A DNA stretch of 64,000 bases from Anaerolineales bacterium (GCA_046328915.1 JAXLVR010000007.1:157206-221205), one strand, 5' to 3'. Counted from the stretch's first letter, positions 49,569 through 60,021 are shown. A program made the numbers and translations. Notes: generated from the letters alone by a model not told the origin.

Positions 49569-51155
49569 ATGACTCAAAATATTTTTATCAGTTATTCGCG
49601 TCGCGAAGTGGGCTTTGTGGATAAGCTTGTTGATCATCTTGAGGAAGAGTCATTTAACGTCTGGCTGGATTATCGCAGCCTAGTGCCAGGGAAACCGTGG
49701 GAAGAACAGATCAATCAAGGCATTAGGCATTCAGATATCGTTCTGCTGGTTGTTTCAAAGGCATCCATTGCTTCTGATAATGTAGAGTTTGAATGGAGGC
49801 AGGTACTCAAAGAGGAAAAGAAACGTATTATCCTGCTTGTCTTTGAAGCCGTGGACCTGCCGCCTGAACTGGAGAAATACGAATGGGTGGATTTTCGAGG
49901 GAGTTACAAGCAAGCTCTGAAAGAATTGGACCATCAACTTAAGGTGCCCGAGCAGGAACAACATTCTGCGCCTGAGGCGGGCTTCAAGATGCCTGGCATT
50001 GTGTGGCTGGCTTTTTCCTTGAGCTTGATCGTTTCCATCATTTCCATCGCCGCCGTATGGACGATGTTCATTCCCTTTTTCCTAGTTCGATTACCGCTCG
50101 GTATTCTCAAACGCTCCTTCAACTATATGTTGGTGCAGGCATCTCTTATAATGCTGCCCTTTGCGCTTTTTCTGACAGTCAGTTTTTCCACTGATCCAGA
50201 TGTAATCGAAGTTGTTGACTTCCTAACCTATGCAAGTATTCCCTTTGTGATTGGGCTGATCTTCGTCCTACGTTCAGAAGGCATGCAACGCTGGGGGAAA
50301 CCCGAAGCCGTTGCACCGCCCTCGGTAAATAATAAAAAAACGACATACCCTGATTTTAAGCCAGCCTCTTTTTTTATAGATCATGCCCTACAAGACCAAA
50401 AAATTGCTGAACATACCCGAAATGTGTTTAAAGAAAGAGGGCATATCGAAGCGATAGATCCTGCTTCTGCGGATGCGGTATTTACCTTAGTCTCGCGCTT
50501 TAAAGGGGATAGCGTTGTAGATAGCCAGAAACAGGTGGTGTACCCGGTCATTATCCAATCCAACAACAAGATTTCAAGACAGTTATCCCGCGTTCAATGG
50601 CTTGACCTGCGGACTGGGGTGCGCAATCTGGATGTGGTTGCCCGGCTATTGCCAGAACCGGCGCGGCTCTTACGCAGCGTGGGCATCCGCCCGATGGGCA
50701 ATCAAGTAGTTTTGCCTGCTGTCATTATGTACCTGACCTATTTCCTTGCTTTCCTGGCAATTGTTTGCATTGGTAGTTGGCTTCCATATATCCTTCAATA
50801 CGCCAATGAGTTTATCTACGACCCGGATTTTACAGTTGTGATCGGTCAGTTGGCAATCAGCCTGATCTTGTTTGGCGGGCTGTCGTATCAAATGGTGAAA
50901 AATATTGTAGATCGAAAAGGCTTCTTCGCTTCTTTACTCGGTTTAGTCATTGGCATGCTTGTGCTGGGCGGCATCATCCTCTGGCAGATCGAGATCGACA
51001 ACATGGTCTTTGCACTATTGAACACGAATGTGGAATATCGCGGCTATTCTGCATACTATCCGCGCGCGATCTATATGGCGGGCAGTTTGGTGATGTCGAT
51101 CTATCTTTGGCTTAAGCGCCGTGATCTAATGTTCTGGTTTCCTGAGAAAAAATGA
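49569..51155 (+). CDS. TIR-domain polytopic membrane protein
   Basis: N-terminal TIR fold (IFISYSRRE...SDNVEFEWRQ) with SD ggagag before the ATG at 49569. Two blocks of TM helices are separated by a second degenerate TIR-like cytoplasmic domain. Confidence 0.7.
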   Translation: MTQNIFISYSRREVGFVDKLVDHLEEESFNVWLDYRSLVPGKPWEEQINQGIRHSDIVLLVVSKASIASDNVEFEWRQVLKEEKKRIILLVFEAVDLPPELEKYEWVDFRGSYKQALKELDHQLKVPEQEQHSAPEAGFKMPGIVWLAFSLSLIVSIISIAAVWTMFIPFFLVRLPLGILKRSFNYMLVQASLIMLPFALFLTVSFSTDPDVIEVVDFLTYASIPFVIGLIFVLRSEGMQRWGKPEAVAPPSVNNKKTTYPDFKPASFFIDHALQDQKIAEHTRNVFKERGHIEAIDPASADAVFTLVSRFKGDSVVDSQKQVVYPVIIQSNNKISRQLSRVQWLDLRTGVRNLDVVARLLPEPARLLRSVGIRPMGNQVVLPAVIMYLTYFLAFLAIVCIGSWLPYILQYANEFIYDPDFTVVIGQLAISLILFGGLSYQMVKNIVDRKGFFASLLGLVIGMLVLGGIILWQIEIDNMVFALLNTNVEYRGYSAYYPRAIYMAGSLVMSIYLWLKRRDLMFWFPEKK

Positions 51156-51167
51156 AAATATAAGTAA

Positions 51168-51207
51168 TGCAAAAGAGACCGGCAAATGCCGGTCTCTTTT
51201 TTTTAAA
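51168..51207. terminator. Bidirectional terminator between the TIR gene and the MerR gene
   Basis: Hairpin aaaagagaccggc/gccggtctctttt. Confidence 0.6.
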
Positions 51208-52024
51208 CCTTCTGAACCGGGAACTGTATCTCGTTGACCGTATTCGGGTCGTTCTGATCTTCCGGCTTTTCCGGCATCTTGAGGTTCAACTCGCGGCTCG
51301 GACCTACGATCTGATACCCGTTCACATCGATCCATTTGGCGAGGGCATCGTAGGCTTCACCGATGGTGGCAAACGACCCGGCGTGGACGACGCATGCCAT
51401 CGTCTCCACCGCTGGTAGGTCATAGATCTTGACCTGCCCGACCGGAGTAGGGTCACCGGCGATGGGCATGGCAACTTCAATGTCCCAATCGCCTTCACGC
51501 GCATCCGCATCATGATAGATCGCCATCGGCGTGCCATTCATGCGGATATTGTTCTGATAGATAAAGCCCAGTAGCTCATCCCAAAGCGAACGTTGGGCAG
51601 GTGGGTTGGCGACCACACCTCGTACTGTGGCGGCTTTCATTGCTTCGATCTTCTTTAATACAACATCATACTTGGACATAAAATTCTCCTGTTGAGTTTG
51701 TCTCAGCCAGCGTTCCACTTGTTCCAGCCTCGTCGTTTCTTCTTCCACCCGCTGCCGAATCTCTGCCTGACGCAGCTTCAGCATTCCACGCAGCTCTTCG
51801 GTGGAAAGATTCTCTTCAAGAAAACGCGCGATCTCCTCTAAAGAGAACCCCAATTCCTTCAATGCCAGAATGCGATACAAGCGCGGCAATTGGTGAAAGT
51901 CGTAATAACGATAGCCAGTGAAGCGGTCTACTTCGACAGGTTTCAGCAAACCCATCTCGTCGTAGTACCGCAACGTCTTAATGGAAACGCGGCTAAGTTT
52001 TGAAAAGTCTCCGATTCGGATCAT
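51203..52024 (-). CDS. MerR-family transcriptional regulator with a C-terminal GyrI-like effector domain (BmrR-like)
   Basis: N-terminal MerR HTH (IGDFSKLSRVSIKTLRYYDEMGLL), a coiled coil, and a GyrI-like domain. Confidence 0.85.
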   Translation of the reverse strand: MIRIGDFSKLSRVSIKTLRYYDEMGLLKPVEVDRFTGYRYYDFHQLPRLYRILALKELGFSLEEIARFLEENLSTEELRGMLKLRQAEIRQRVEEETTRLEQVERWLRQTQQENFMSKYDVVLKKIEAMKAATVRGVVANPPAQRSLWDELLGFIYQNNIRMNGTPMAIYHDADAREGDWDIEVAMPIAGDPTPVGQVKIYDLPAVETMACVVHAGSFATIGEAYDALAKWIDVNGYQIVGPSRELNLKMPEKPEDQNDPNTVNEIQFPVQKV

Positions 52025-52145
52025 ACGTTGGCGCCTTCATTCTCTTATACACTCTCCAGTTACGGGAGAGTCAAGGTTTGATTTCTAATCGTTTATTGAG
52101 CATTTTTATAACTTTCCCCAACTTTACTACTGGCGCGAGTTCAAC

Positions 52146-52781
52146 TCACACCAAGCCCTGCTTCCTTGCGATATCTGCCGCCTGGGTGCGGTTCTCTGCC
52201 TGAAGTTTGGCGAGAATATTTGAAACATGGTTCTTGACCGTGCCTTCGGTGATGAAGAGTTTCTCTGCCATGTCTTTGTTGGAGGCACCCTGTGCCAGCA
52301 AGACCAGAACTTCACGTTCCCGCTCCGAAAGCGACTCGATCGTCGAGGTCGTGGGGCGCATCATTTCGCGCAGGGCACGGGAGGCAATCTCAGGTTGAAT
52401 GAAGACTTCGCCTTCATACACACGCCGAATGGTTTGGATCAACGTGTCGGCAGGAGTATCTTTGAGCAGGTATCCCATGGCTCCCGCCCGCACGCCTTGA
52501 TAAACATAATCGTCCCGGTCGAAGGTGGTCAGGATGATGACCTTTGCCGTGCTCCATTCGCGGCATAGTTTCGCCGTCGCTTCCACGCCGTTGAGAATGG
52601 GCATTTGGACGTCCATCAGAATCACATCGGGGCGGAGTTCGAGGGCAAGTTGCACGCCTCGCTCTCCGTCACCGGCTTCGCCGATCACACGCAGACCGGG
52701 TTCAAGGTCAAGGATGGTTTTTAGACCCTGTCGCATGAGGGTCTGGTCTTCGATCAGGAGGAGTTTGATGAGATCAGGCAT
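52146..52781 (-). CDS. Response regulator, NarL family
   Basis: REC (LLIEDQTLMRQGL) plus LuxR HTH. Confidence 0.9.
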   Translation of the reverse strand: MPDLIKLLLIEDQTLMRQGLKTILDLEPGLRVIGEAGDGERGVQLALELRPDVILMDVQMPILNGVEATAKLCREWSTAKVIILTTFDRDDYVYQGVRAGAMGYLLKDTPADTLIQTIRRVYEGEVFIQPEIASRALREMMRPTTSTIESLSEREREVLVLLAQGASNKDMAEKLFITEGTVKNHVSNILAKLQAENRTQAADIARKQGLV

Positions 52782-52798
52782 GGTTGAGAAAAATTTAC

Positions 52799-54088
52799 CT
52801 AAAACAGAGGCAGGCTCACCCGTAGGTTCGAGCCGTTGTTATTCGCAAGAGTCAAAGTGCCACCCAAGCCTTCAACTCGTTCGCGCATCCCACGCAGACC
52901 GTAATGTCCGTTTTGATTCTCGGCATTGGGTGGAAATCCGCACCCATCATCATGGATCGTCAACAAAGCAGTGTGCGTTTCGATCTTCAACGTCAACGAC
53001 ACACGCCGCGCATCGGCATGACGCTCAACATTCGTTAGCGCTTCCTGCGCCGCACGCCACAGGGTTTCGGCATGGGCAAGTGGAAGGGCATTGGCATCCT
53101 CATCGGCATCACAATGGATTTCAAGATGCGCTCGCTGACCGACATCTACGCACAAGGTTTGCAACGCTTCACGCAGTTTGCGTTCTCCCAGCCCGGGCGC
53201 GCGCAAGCCTGCCAGTGAACGACGCAACTCGTCCATGCTGGCGCGGGTCAGGTCTTTCAATTCATCCACTTGAGCCGAAGCGCGTTCAGGGTCAACTTTA
53301 TACAGTCGTTGAATCGCTTCCAACTGAACCGATAATGCCACCAGCGAATGACCGAGACTATCATGCAGATCACGTGCGAGGCGCTCCCGCTCTCGTAACG
53401 TGGCGAGTTCCGCATCTCGTTGACGCGCCGCCTCCAACTCCTTTTGAGCGGTCTCCAGTTTCTGAATTAGCCCTGCCCGCTGACGACTCGTCCGCGCAAT
53501 GCCGAAGATGAACAGATAAAGCACATTACCCGCCAGCCACTGAAAGAAAAACCCAATCGCGGCACCAGAGTCGATTTCAGAAAAATTCCAATCTGAGATG
53601 ATAAGCGTGAGACAGATCATGATAAAGGCTGTCCCAGGGATCACCGCTTTCGGCGGCAACAACCCGAACATCTGCCCGAAATAGGCGAATGCCAGCCACC
53701 ATGTGGATGGATTCAACCAACTCGACAACAGCCACATTGCCAGCCCGCCAATGAAATACAGCGCCAGCCGCTGGTTAGACTTAATCCATCTCCCTCCGGC
53801 AATGGTGAAGAAATATAAAACGCCCTGCAAAATGCACAGTCCCGAAACAACATACTCACGCCAGGTGAGAACTTCGGCGGTAAGGATAGTGATTGCAGTG
53901 ACCCCGAAGATGAGCAGGGATACAACATCCCAAAACCTGCCATACATTTTCATGTAGCGGGCAGGCATGGGTAGGTTGCTATTTGAGAGGTCGGAAGCGT
54001 GAGACACGACGGTAGTGTACTCCGTATAAATGCGGATGTGTAGGGGCGAGGTCTTCTCGCCCCGCATCAGGGCGGGGAAACCCTGCAC
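52799..54088 (-). CDS. Sensor histidine kinase, HisKA_3 family (start uncertain; possibly GTG at 54088 or an internal Met)
   Basis: TM sensor region, H-box RERLARDLHDSLGHSL, and HATPase_c. Confidence 0.8.
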   Translation of the reverse strand: MQGFPALMRGEKTSPLHIRIYTEYTTVVSHASDLSNSNLPMPARYMKMYGRFWDVVSLLIFGVTAITILTAEVLTWREYVVSGLCILQGVLYFFTIAGGRWIKSNQRLALYFIGGLAMWLLSSWLNPSTWWLAFAYFGQMFGLLPPKAVIPGTAFIMICLTLIISDWNFSEIDSGAAIGFFFQWLAGNVLYLFIFGIARTSRQRAGLIQKLETAQKELEAARQRDAELATLRERERLARDLHDSLGHSLVALSVQLEAIQRLYKVDPERASAQVDELKDLTRASMDELRRSLAGLRAPGLGERKLREALQTLCVDVGQRAHLEIHCDADEDANALPLAHAETLWRAAQEALTNVERHADARRVSLTLKIETHTALLTIHDDGCGFPPNAENQNGHYGLRGMRERVEGLGGTLTLANNNGSNLRVSLPLF

Positions 54089-54101
54089 CTACAAAAAAAT
54101 A

Positions 54102-54830
54102 TTACGCTTTCGGTTCCCAGCGGAAAAGGCGCGAAGCGATCAAAGTGGCAACGAGACCATAGGCAGTCAGTAGCAGGATATACGTCAACCATTTTTCGTC
54201 GAGCGTGGCATCGAGTAAAGCCGAGCGGACTAATTGAACTGCCGGATAAGCAGGCAGGTAAGGCACGAAGTCTTTCACATTATCCGGCAGAGACGAGACC
54301 GGGAAGATCATGTCGCTGATGAACATCAGCAGAAAGTAGATCGTCATACCAACCGCTGTGGCGGTCCCTGCCTTGGGGGAGACGCCGCTGATAATGCCGC
54401 CCAGCGACATGAAGGTCAGCAAGCTCACGATGATCATGGGATATGCCAGGAAAAGGCTGGCTGCGCTGACCGGGACTTCATAAAAGACTGCACCCATCAC
54501 AAGGATCAATGTGCTTTGTATGACGCCAATCACAATATTGACCAGCAAGTAGGAAGTGATGAGTTGCCAGGCAGGCAGGGTGGTGGCTTGCAAACGGCGC
54601 AGGATGCTTTTCTCGCGCAATTCGAGCATCATGGTGGAGCTTCCGACCAGACCAAAGCTCAGGGCATTGAGCACGATCACGCCGGGGGTCATGTACTTCA
54701 TATATTGGCTCATAACTACCCCGTAGATCAACATCAACAATACCGGGAAGGCGAAGTTCCAGAATAATATGGCTCCATTCCTTAATTGAATGAGAGCAAG
54801 CGATTTGGTAAGAATGAGAAAGCGTTTCAT
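54102..54830 (-). CDS. ABC-2 type transporter permease
   Basis: 242 aa with a six-TM ABC-2 fold. Confidence 0.8.
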   Translation of the reverse strand: MKRFLILTKSLALIQLRNGAILFWNFAFPVLLMLIYGVVMSQYMKYMTPGVIVLNALSFGLVGSSTMMLELREKSILRRLQATTLPAWQLITSYLLVNIVIGVIQSTLILVMGAVFYEVPVSAASLFLAYPMIIVSLLTFMSLGGIISGVSPKAGTATAVGMTIYFLLMFISDMIFPVSSLPDNVKDFVPYLPAYPAVQLVRSALLDATLDEKWLTYILLLTAYGLVATLIASRLFRWEPKA

Positions 54831-54878
54831 GGGAGGATTCCTTATTTTTAAATCATCGAGTTTTTTCAGCGTAGGTTG

Positions 54879-55817
54879 TTATCCGATTTCAGATAACTGC
54901 CGACCTGTTAGTTTCAAGAAGACATCTTCGAGATTGGGCTGCCTCAGCATCACATCCCGGATCGAGCGCCCCGACTTTGCCGCCAATGCTTGCAAAGCGG
55001 ACATGGTCTCTTCAGGTTTGGAAGTTTCTACCTCAAGGTGCTGACCTGAATAACGGGCGCTGTTCACGTGAGGCAGATCACAGACCTGCTCAAGCGGCAG
55101 TTCTACAGTCGCTTTCAACGTCGCGTTCAGGTCGAGGCTGGCGATCAATGCAGTGGGCGTATCGCAAGCCACGATCTCGCCGCCGTCGATGATGGCGATG
55201 CGTCCGCACAGGGCTTCGGCTTCTTCCATGGCGTGCGTGGTCAACACGATCGTGCGTCCTTCATCATGCATTGCGCGGATCTCATTCCACACCGCGCGGC
55301 GTGCGTGCGGGTCTAATGCGGAGGTTGGCTCATCGAGTAGGATGATCTCAGGGTCGTTGGCAATGGCTACAGCAAGAGAGAGGCGTTGCTGCTGTCCACC
55401 CGAGAGGCGGCGGGCAAGAGTGTTTCGTTTCTCGAGCAGGTCAAACCGTTTAAGCAGGGTATCGATCTGTGCCTTGGTCAGAAAAACTTCATACAAGGCG
55501 GCATAGACCTCCACCAGTTCGGCAACGGTCAGATCATCAAGCAGGGCGGTCTTTTGCAATTGGATGCCCAACTGTTTCTTCGCAGACATGGGCTCGTGTT
55601 GCACATTGCTTCCGCCAACATGCACACTGCCCTGAAGCGGAGTGTGCAATCCCTCCACGCAAGCCAGCAGCGTGGATTTGCCCGCTCCGTTGGGTCCGAG
55701 CAAGCCGAATATCTCGCCCTTTTGTACCGATAAACTCACGCCGTTGAGGGCGGTCAGAGCACCGTAAGCGGCGGTCACATTTTCAATATCAATCACTAAA
55801 TTTTGAGACATAATCAA
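54879..55817 (-). CDS. ABC transporter ATP-binding protein
   Basis: Walker A GPNGAGKST, signature LSGGQQQR, and Walker B ILLDEPT. Confidence 0.9.
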   Translation of the reverse strand: MIMSQNLVIDIENVTAAYGALTALNGVSLSVQKGEIFGLLGPNGAGKSTLLACVEGLHTPLQGSVHVGGSNVQHEPMSAKKQLGIQLQKTALLDDLTVAELVEVYAALYEVFLTKAQIDTLLKRFDLLEKRNTLARRLSGGQQQRLSLAVAIANDPEIILLDEPTSALDPHARRAVWNEIRAMHDEGRTIVLTTHAMEEAEALCGRIAIIDGGEIVACDTPTALIASLDLNATLKATVELPLEQVCDLPHVNSARYSGQHLEVETSKPEETMSALQALAAKSGRSIRDVMLRQPNLEDVFLKLTGRQLSEIG

Positions 55818-55971
55818 CTCCTTTGTGCCTCCATCTTATGACAGCCCGCCTCATTACCCCAGTCTCGCAGGGAGGATTGGACCTATGCCAAAAGACATAT
55901 TCCCGCCTATGACCTCTTTCTGGGACTTTTGTCCCTGAGCGCTTTCGCTTCAATAAATCTATAATAGGGGC

Positions 55972-56517
55972 ATGGAACCAACTCGCTTCCCAGACTTCCC
56001 GCTTCTCTCTACCCCGCGCCTGCTTCTGCGTGACCTTCGCCCTTCCGACCTCGACGATTTGTATGAGTACGCCTCCGACCCTGAAATTGACCGTTACACC
56101 CCATGGGATCATTACAAGAATATCGACGAGGCTCGCGAAAATCTCAATGAATTTCTAGATGCATATGAAAAACATGGCTTTTGGGCATGGGGTATTGAAC
56201 ACCGTGCAGATAAAAAGCTGATCGGCATTATCAATATCAACAAACCGGGATATAACCGTAAGGTGGAGGTGGGCTATACCATTGCGCGAAAATACTGGGG
56301 GCAAGGACTCGCCACCGAAGCGCTTCAGGCGTTGATAAGGTATGGGTTCGAGAAACTGGACGTGGCGCGGGTCGAAGCGGTTATCCTTCCTGAAAACAAG
56401 GCGTCATCCAAAGTCCTGCTCAAAGCTGGTATGCAGTTTGAAGGTCTATTGCGTAGTTACCAGGTTTGGAAAGGCAAGCCTAGTGATCTGGAAATTTATG
56501 CGATCGTGAGGAAGTAA
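55972..56517 (+). CDS. GNAT-family N-acetyltransferase (RimJ/RimL-like)
   Basis: GNAT fold motifs (WGQGLATEA). Confidence 0.8.
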   Translation: MEPTRFPDFPLLSTPRLLLRDLRPSDLDDLYEYASDPEIDRYTPWDHYKNIDEARENLNEFLDAYEKHGFWAWGIEHRADKKLIGIININKPGYNRKVEVGYTIARKYWGQGLATEALQALIRYGFEKLDVARVEAVILPENKASSKVLLKAGMQFEGLLRSYQVWKGKPSDLEIYAIVRK

Positions 56518-56518
56518 G

Positions 56519-57046
56519 ATGCCTTTTATTTTGGAAACTCCGCGTTTGATTCTGCGTCATCAAGTTCTTTCGGATTTAGATGATTTGTGGGCGCTTTATC
56601 AAAACCCGAACATCACCAAATACATCCCTGATGCTCCGCGTTCACGTGAAGAAGCGCAGGAAGAATTGGAATGGCACATGAATGGACATCCTCGTCATCC
56701 CGAGCTGGGATTGTGGGCAACCATCCATAAAGAGACTGGCAAGTTCATTGGTCGCTGCGGATTGCTGCCGTGGGAAGTAGACGGCGTTCGCGAAGTGGAA
56801 GTGGCATATACCATTGCTGAAGAGTATTGGGGACAGGGACTCGCCAGCGAAGCCGCGCAGGGAATTTTGAAATACGGCTTTGAGAAATTAAATCTCGCGC
56901 GCCTTGTCTCGTTGATCGAGCCAGGCAACATCGGCTCACAAAGGGTGGCAGAGAAGATGGGCATGCGCTTGGAAAAAGAGGTCAATATGCCGATCAATGG
57001 AGTTGATGATTTCGTGCTGATCTATTCGATAAACAAGAATAGCTGA
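56519..57046 (+). CDS. GNAT-family N-acetyltransferase (tandem paralog)
   Basis: Same architecture as the upstream gene (WGQGLASEA), 2 nt downstream of it. Confidence 0.8.
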   Translation: MPFILETPRLILRHQVLSDLDDLWALYQNPNITKYIPDAPRSREEAQEELEWHMNGHPRHPELGLWATIHKETGKFIGRCGLLPWEVDGVREVEVAYTIAEEYWGQGLASEAAQGILKYGFEKLNLARLVSLIEPGNIGSQRVAEKMGMRLEKEVNMPINGVDDFVLIYSINKNS

Positions 57047-57091
57047 TAAGAAAGAGGCTGACGATTTATCGCCAGCCTCTTTTGATTCAAC

Positions 57092-59068
57092 TTACTCTTT
57101 CTTCTTATCGTCTTTCTTCTGCATATCTTTCAGAATCTTCTCGCGCATCGCTTCCACATCGGGCGAGCGTTGTGTGACTCCCGCTTCACCAGAGACACCA
57201 AAGCGCTCGGAGAGTAGCATCGTCAGCAAGCCTTCCATAATGTTGGAAGATTGGCTTCCGCCATTCTCGCCATTGCTGCCTCCCACCACTACACGCGGAA
57301 CCACGTCCACGCCGGATACTTGAATGGCTTCAGCAAAGCGATTGAGCACTTGCTGGGTCACCTGGAACTGCGGACCGCCATACGCGCGGACCTGTTCTTC
57401 GGTAGCGAGCGCTTGCGCGATACCCACGCGAGCGACCTTCTCCGCTTCCGCTTCTGCCAACGCGCGGATCTGCTGCGCCTGTTGAATGGAACGTTCGTAC
57501 TCCGCTTTACCTTGGTTCGACTGAATGGTGATGCTCAGCTCGGCTTCGGTCATCTTGCCCTGCATGGCAGCACGTGATTCCGCTTCACGCAGTTCACGTT
57601 CCTTGACCGCAGCTTTCTCTTGCTGTGAATAGGTCTCAACCTGTTCCTCTGCCACCTGGCGCTGACGTAACTGGGTCAGAATGGTCTCGATTTGTTTATC
57701 GCCAGCAGGGGAGGATGGCGTTCCGATCAGCACTTCTTCCAGTTCAAGATTGTAGTGCTCAAACTTAGTTTTCATCTCCAGGCTGGATTGCTGTTGAATG
57801 GCACTGCGTTCCTGCAAGAGTTGAATCAGGGTGCGAGTCTGTGCCACGTTCTTGAAGTACGCCGCCACCATCGGGTCGAGGGTTTGCTCTACCAGTTTCT
57901 TAATGTCGCCGAAGCGTTGAATGACGAGCGGAGCCTTCTTATAGTCGATATGCACTACCACCGAAAGCGGAAGTGTGGGTTCGAATGCATCCTTGGTGAT
58001 GAGCGCCACTTCGCTCAGATTCTCATCAAAGTTGTGTGAGCCGACTTCGTTCTTGATCCACTTCAAAATGAAGTTGGTGGTCGGCACAGGGATAACCTTG
58101 CCTGCATAAGTGTTGAACGGATACTTGCCCGGCAAGAGTGCTTCACTCCACACACCGCGCTGTCCGCGGGTAACCAATTCACCGTGTCGGTATTCCGAGC
58201 CGGAGAGGTCTGCCCCTTGCTCGCCTGTATAGGAAACAACCACACCCACATTGCCCACGTCAATGATGGTCTTTTGGATCATCTCAACGGTTGCAAACAA
58301 GCGGTTGACATAATAGGTGCCTTCGACCAACACCTGCAACTGGCGACCTCGCATACCGTTCGCTTTCAAGAAGCGGTCAGCATCTTGGAATTTGTTATGG
58401 TATTCATCTGCTTTTTCAGGGTTATCACCCACAACTGGAGCAATGATCTCACCTTGTGGCAAAGACGGACCGTCATGCACAGTCACAATACCGATCTTGT
58501 CATCGTTATCCTTGATAATGACCGGGCGGAACCCATCACGTTCTTTGATCACTTCTGCCATACGCACGATCACAGCGGTATCATCACGGCTGAGCGGCAG
58601 TGAGTACACACGCTCTTCAGTAATCACCACGAACTGCATCAGGTTGAAGGCATAGGTACCTTCGCGCAAAATTAAACGCTGTGGACCTTTCTGTCCGCCA
58701 TTTTTCAAGAAAGTACTTACATCCTGAAAATCATGTGCGCTTACATTTGAAGCCAACACTTGTGCTGGTTCAAGCGGAGCGCCATCACGCGCGAAAACAT
58801 ACCCGATCTTGCCCTGGGTAATGGTTACCAACGGCGCAATGTGAATAGCATATTGAACAGGCATGCGGTAATGAAGTCCACCACGCAACACCTGTGGCTG
58901 GAAACCCGTCTCGCCATTAAGCGCGATCAACCCGGATTTCAACGATTTTCCGCCGAAGCGTTTTTCCACAATACCGATGCGGTTGTTTGGGATAAAGCGA
59001 ATACCAGTTAGTAAGACCAAAAACAGAACGCCAAGCCCACCTATACATAACGTTACGAATATGTTCAT
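57092..59068 (-). CDS. Flotillin-like SPFH/band-7 protein with a long coiled-coil tail
   Basis: N-terminal TM helix, an SPFH domain, and EA-rich coiled-coil repeats. 658 aa. Confidence 0.8.
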   Translation of the reverse strand: MNIFVTLCIGGLGVLFLVLLTGIRFIPNNRIGIVEKRFGGKSLKSGLIALNGETGFQPQVLRGGLHYRMPVQYAIHIAPLVTITQGKIGYVFARDGAPLEPAQVLASNVSAHDFQDVSTFLKNGGQKGPQRLILREGTYAFNLMQFVVITEERVYSLPLSRDDTAVIVRMAEVIKERDGFRPVIIKDNDDKIGIVTVHDGPSLPQGEIIAPVVGDNPEKADEYHNKFQDADRFLKANGMRGRQLQVLVEGTYYVNRLFATVEMIQKTIIDVGNVGVVVSYTGEQGADLSGSEYRHGELVTRGQRGVWSEALLPGKYPFNTYAGKVIPVPTTNFILKWIKNEVGSHNFDENLSEVALITKDAFEPTLPLSVVVHIDYKKAPLVIQRFGDIKKLVEQTLDPMVAAYFKNVAQTRTLIQLLQERSAIQQQSSLEMKTKFEHYNLELEEVLIGTPSSPAGDKQIETILTQLRQRQVAEEQVETYSQQEKAAVKERELREAESRAAMQGKMTEAELSITIQSNQGKAEYERSIQQAQQIRALAEAEAEKVARVGIAQALATEEQVRAYGGPQFQVTQQVLNRFAEAIQVSGVDVVPRVVVGGSNGENGGSQSSNIMEGLLTMLLSERFGVSGEAGVTQRSPDVEAMREKILKDMQKKDDKKKE

Positions 59069-59121
59069 TTTTTCTCCTTCACCATCTAAATACGTGATGT
59101 ACCGTATTCAGGTTTCTAATT

Positions 59122-59895
59122 TTACGCTTGATTGCGCCCAAAGACTATCCCTGTGGAAATAATCACAAACAGAATGGAGACCACCAACACAAGGACGCCC
59201 AGTAGCCAGGAGCCCAAATAGATGGAGAGGAATCCGACCAGGATGACCATGGCAAGGAAAAGAATTTGTTTGAAGACATCTGCGCCTCGCAATACCGGAC
59301 CTTGGAACTGGTACACCCCATAGAGCCCGAGCCCCATTCCAAGCAGGCTAACCACTACCAAAACCCAGGTGATAACCACTCCCTTGACTGGGAGATTAAG
59401 AACATAGATGCCGCAGGTTGTTTCCCGGTCGGGGAAAGGATAAGAAGAATAGACAAGTGCCTTTGCGAAAATGAAGCGCTTTAAGTCCAAATTCTCAGGT
59501 CCAACCGCCCATTCGGCACTGGTTTGTTCTCCGGCAGCCAGCTCAAGGTTTTCAGTCGTTTCAAATGCTGCAACGGGGGAACTGGTTTCCACCAGAATTG
59601 TCGGAGAGATTTTGCCATCAGTTGTGTTTTTGAGTCTGAGCGATACTGTATTCGTCTCATTTGCCGTCATGAGCACCGGGCAACTAAATCCTTTTAACGG
59701 TGTGCTGGCACGGCGGGAAAACCCATAATACGCAGCTTCCAGATCTGCCCAAGTGGCAAGAGTGATGAGGATCAACCCGCTTATCACCCCAACTGCGAAT
59801 AAGATAAAGAATTGTTTGTATGATTTTGATTGAGTTTGCATGTAAATTCCTTTAAAGGTGCTGTTTATTCTATACCCTGTAGCTTGTTTTGCCAT
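59122..59895 (-). CDS. Membrane protein encoded upstream of flotillin (possible flotillin-associated partner; true start may be at the internal MQTQSK)
   Basis: N-terminal TM helix, a central soluble region, and a C-terminal TM bundle. Same strand as the flotillin gene. Confidence 0.5.
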   Translation of the reverse strand: MAKQATGYRINSTFKGIYMQTQSKSYKQFFILFAVGVISGLILITLATWADLEAAYYGFSRRASTPLKGFSCPVLMTANETNTVSLRLKNTTDGKISPTILVETSSPVAAFETTENLELAAGEQTSAEWAVGPENLDLKRFIFAKALVYSSYPFPDRETTCGIYVLNLPVKGVVITWVLVVVSLLGMGLGLYGVYQFQGPVLRGADVFKQILFLAMVILVGFLSIYLGSWLLGVLVLVVSILFVIISTGIVFGRNQA

Positions 59896-60021
59896 GGTGA
59901 TTAAGTAGGGTTTTCGCCGTGGTTCCCCTCAAAGATTCCGCCAACTTATCGGGTATACTTCGTTCGCCTGTTGGGCAAAAATATCCCCAACCCAAACATT
60001 TTATAGAAAACTGAAAGCTGT

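Noticed and set aside
52525-53511. 328-aa plus-strand ORF antisense to the histidine kinase
   Set aside because: Arg/Ser/His-rich shadow translation of a GC-rich kinase gene.
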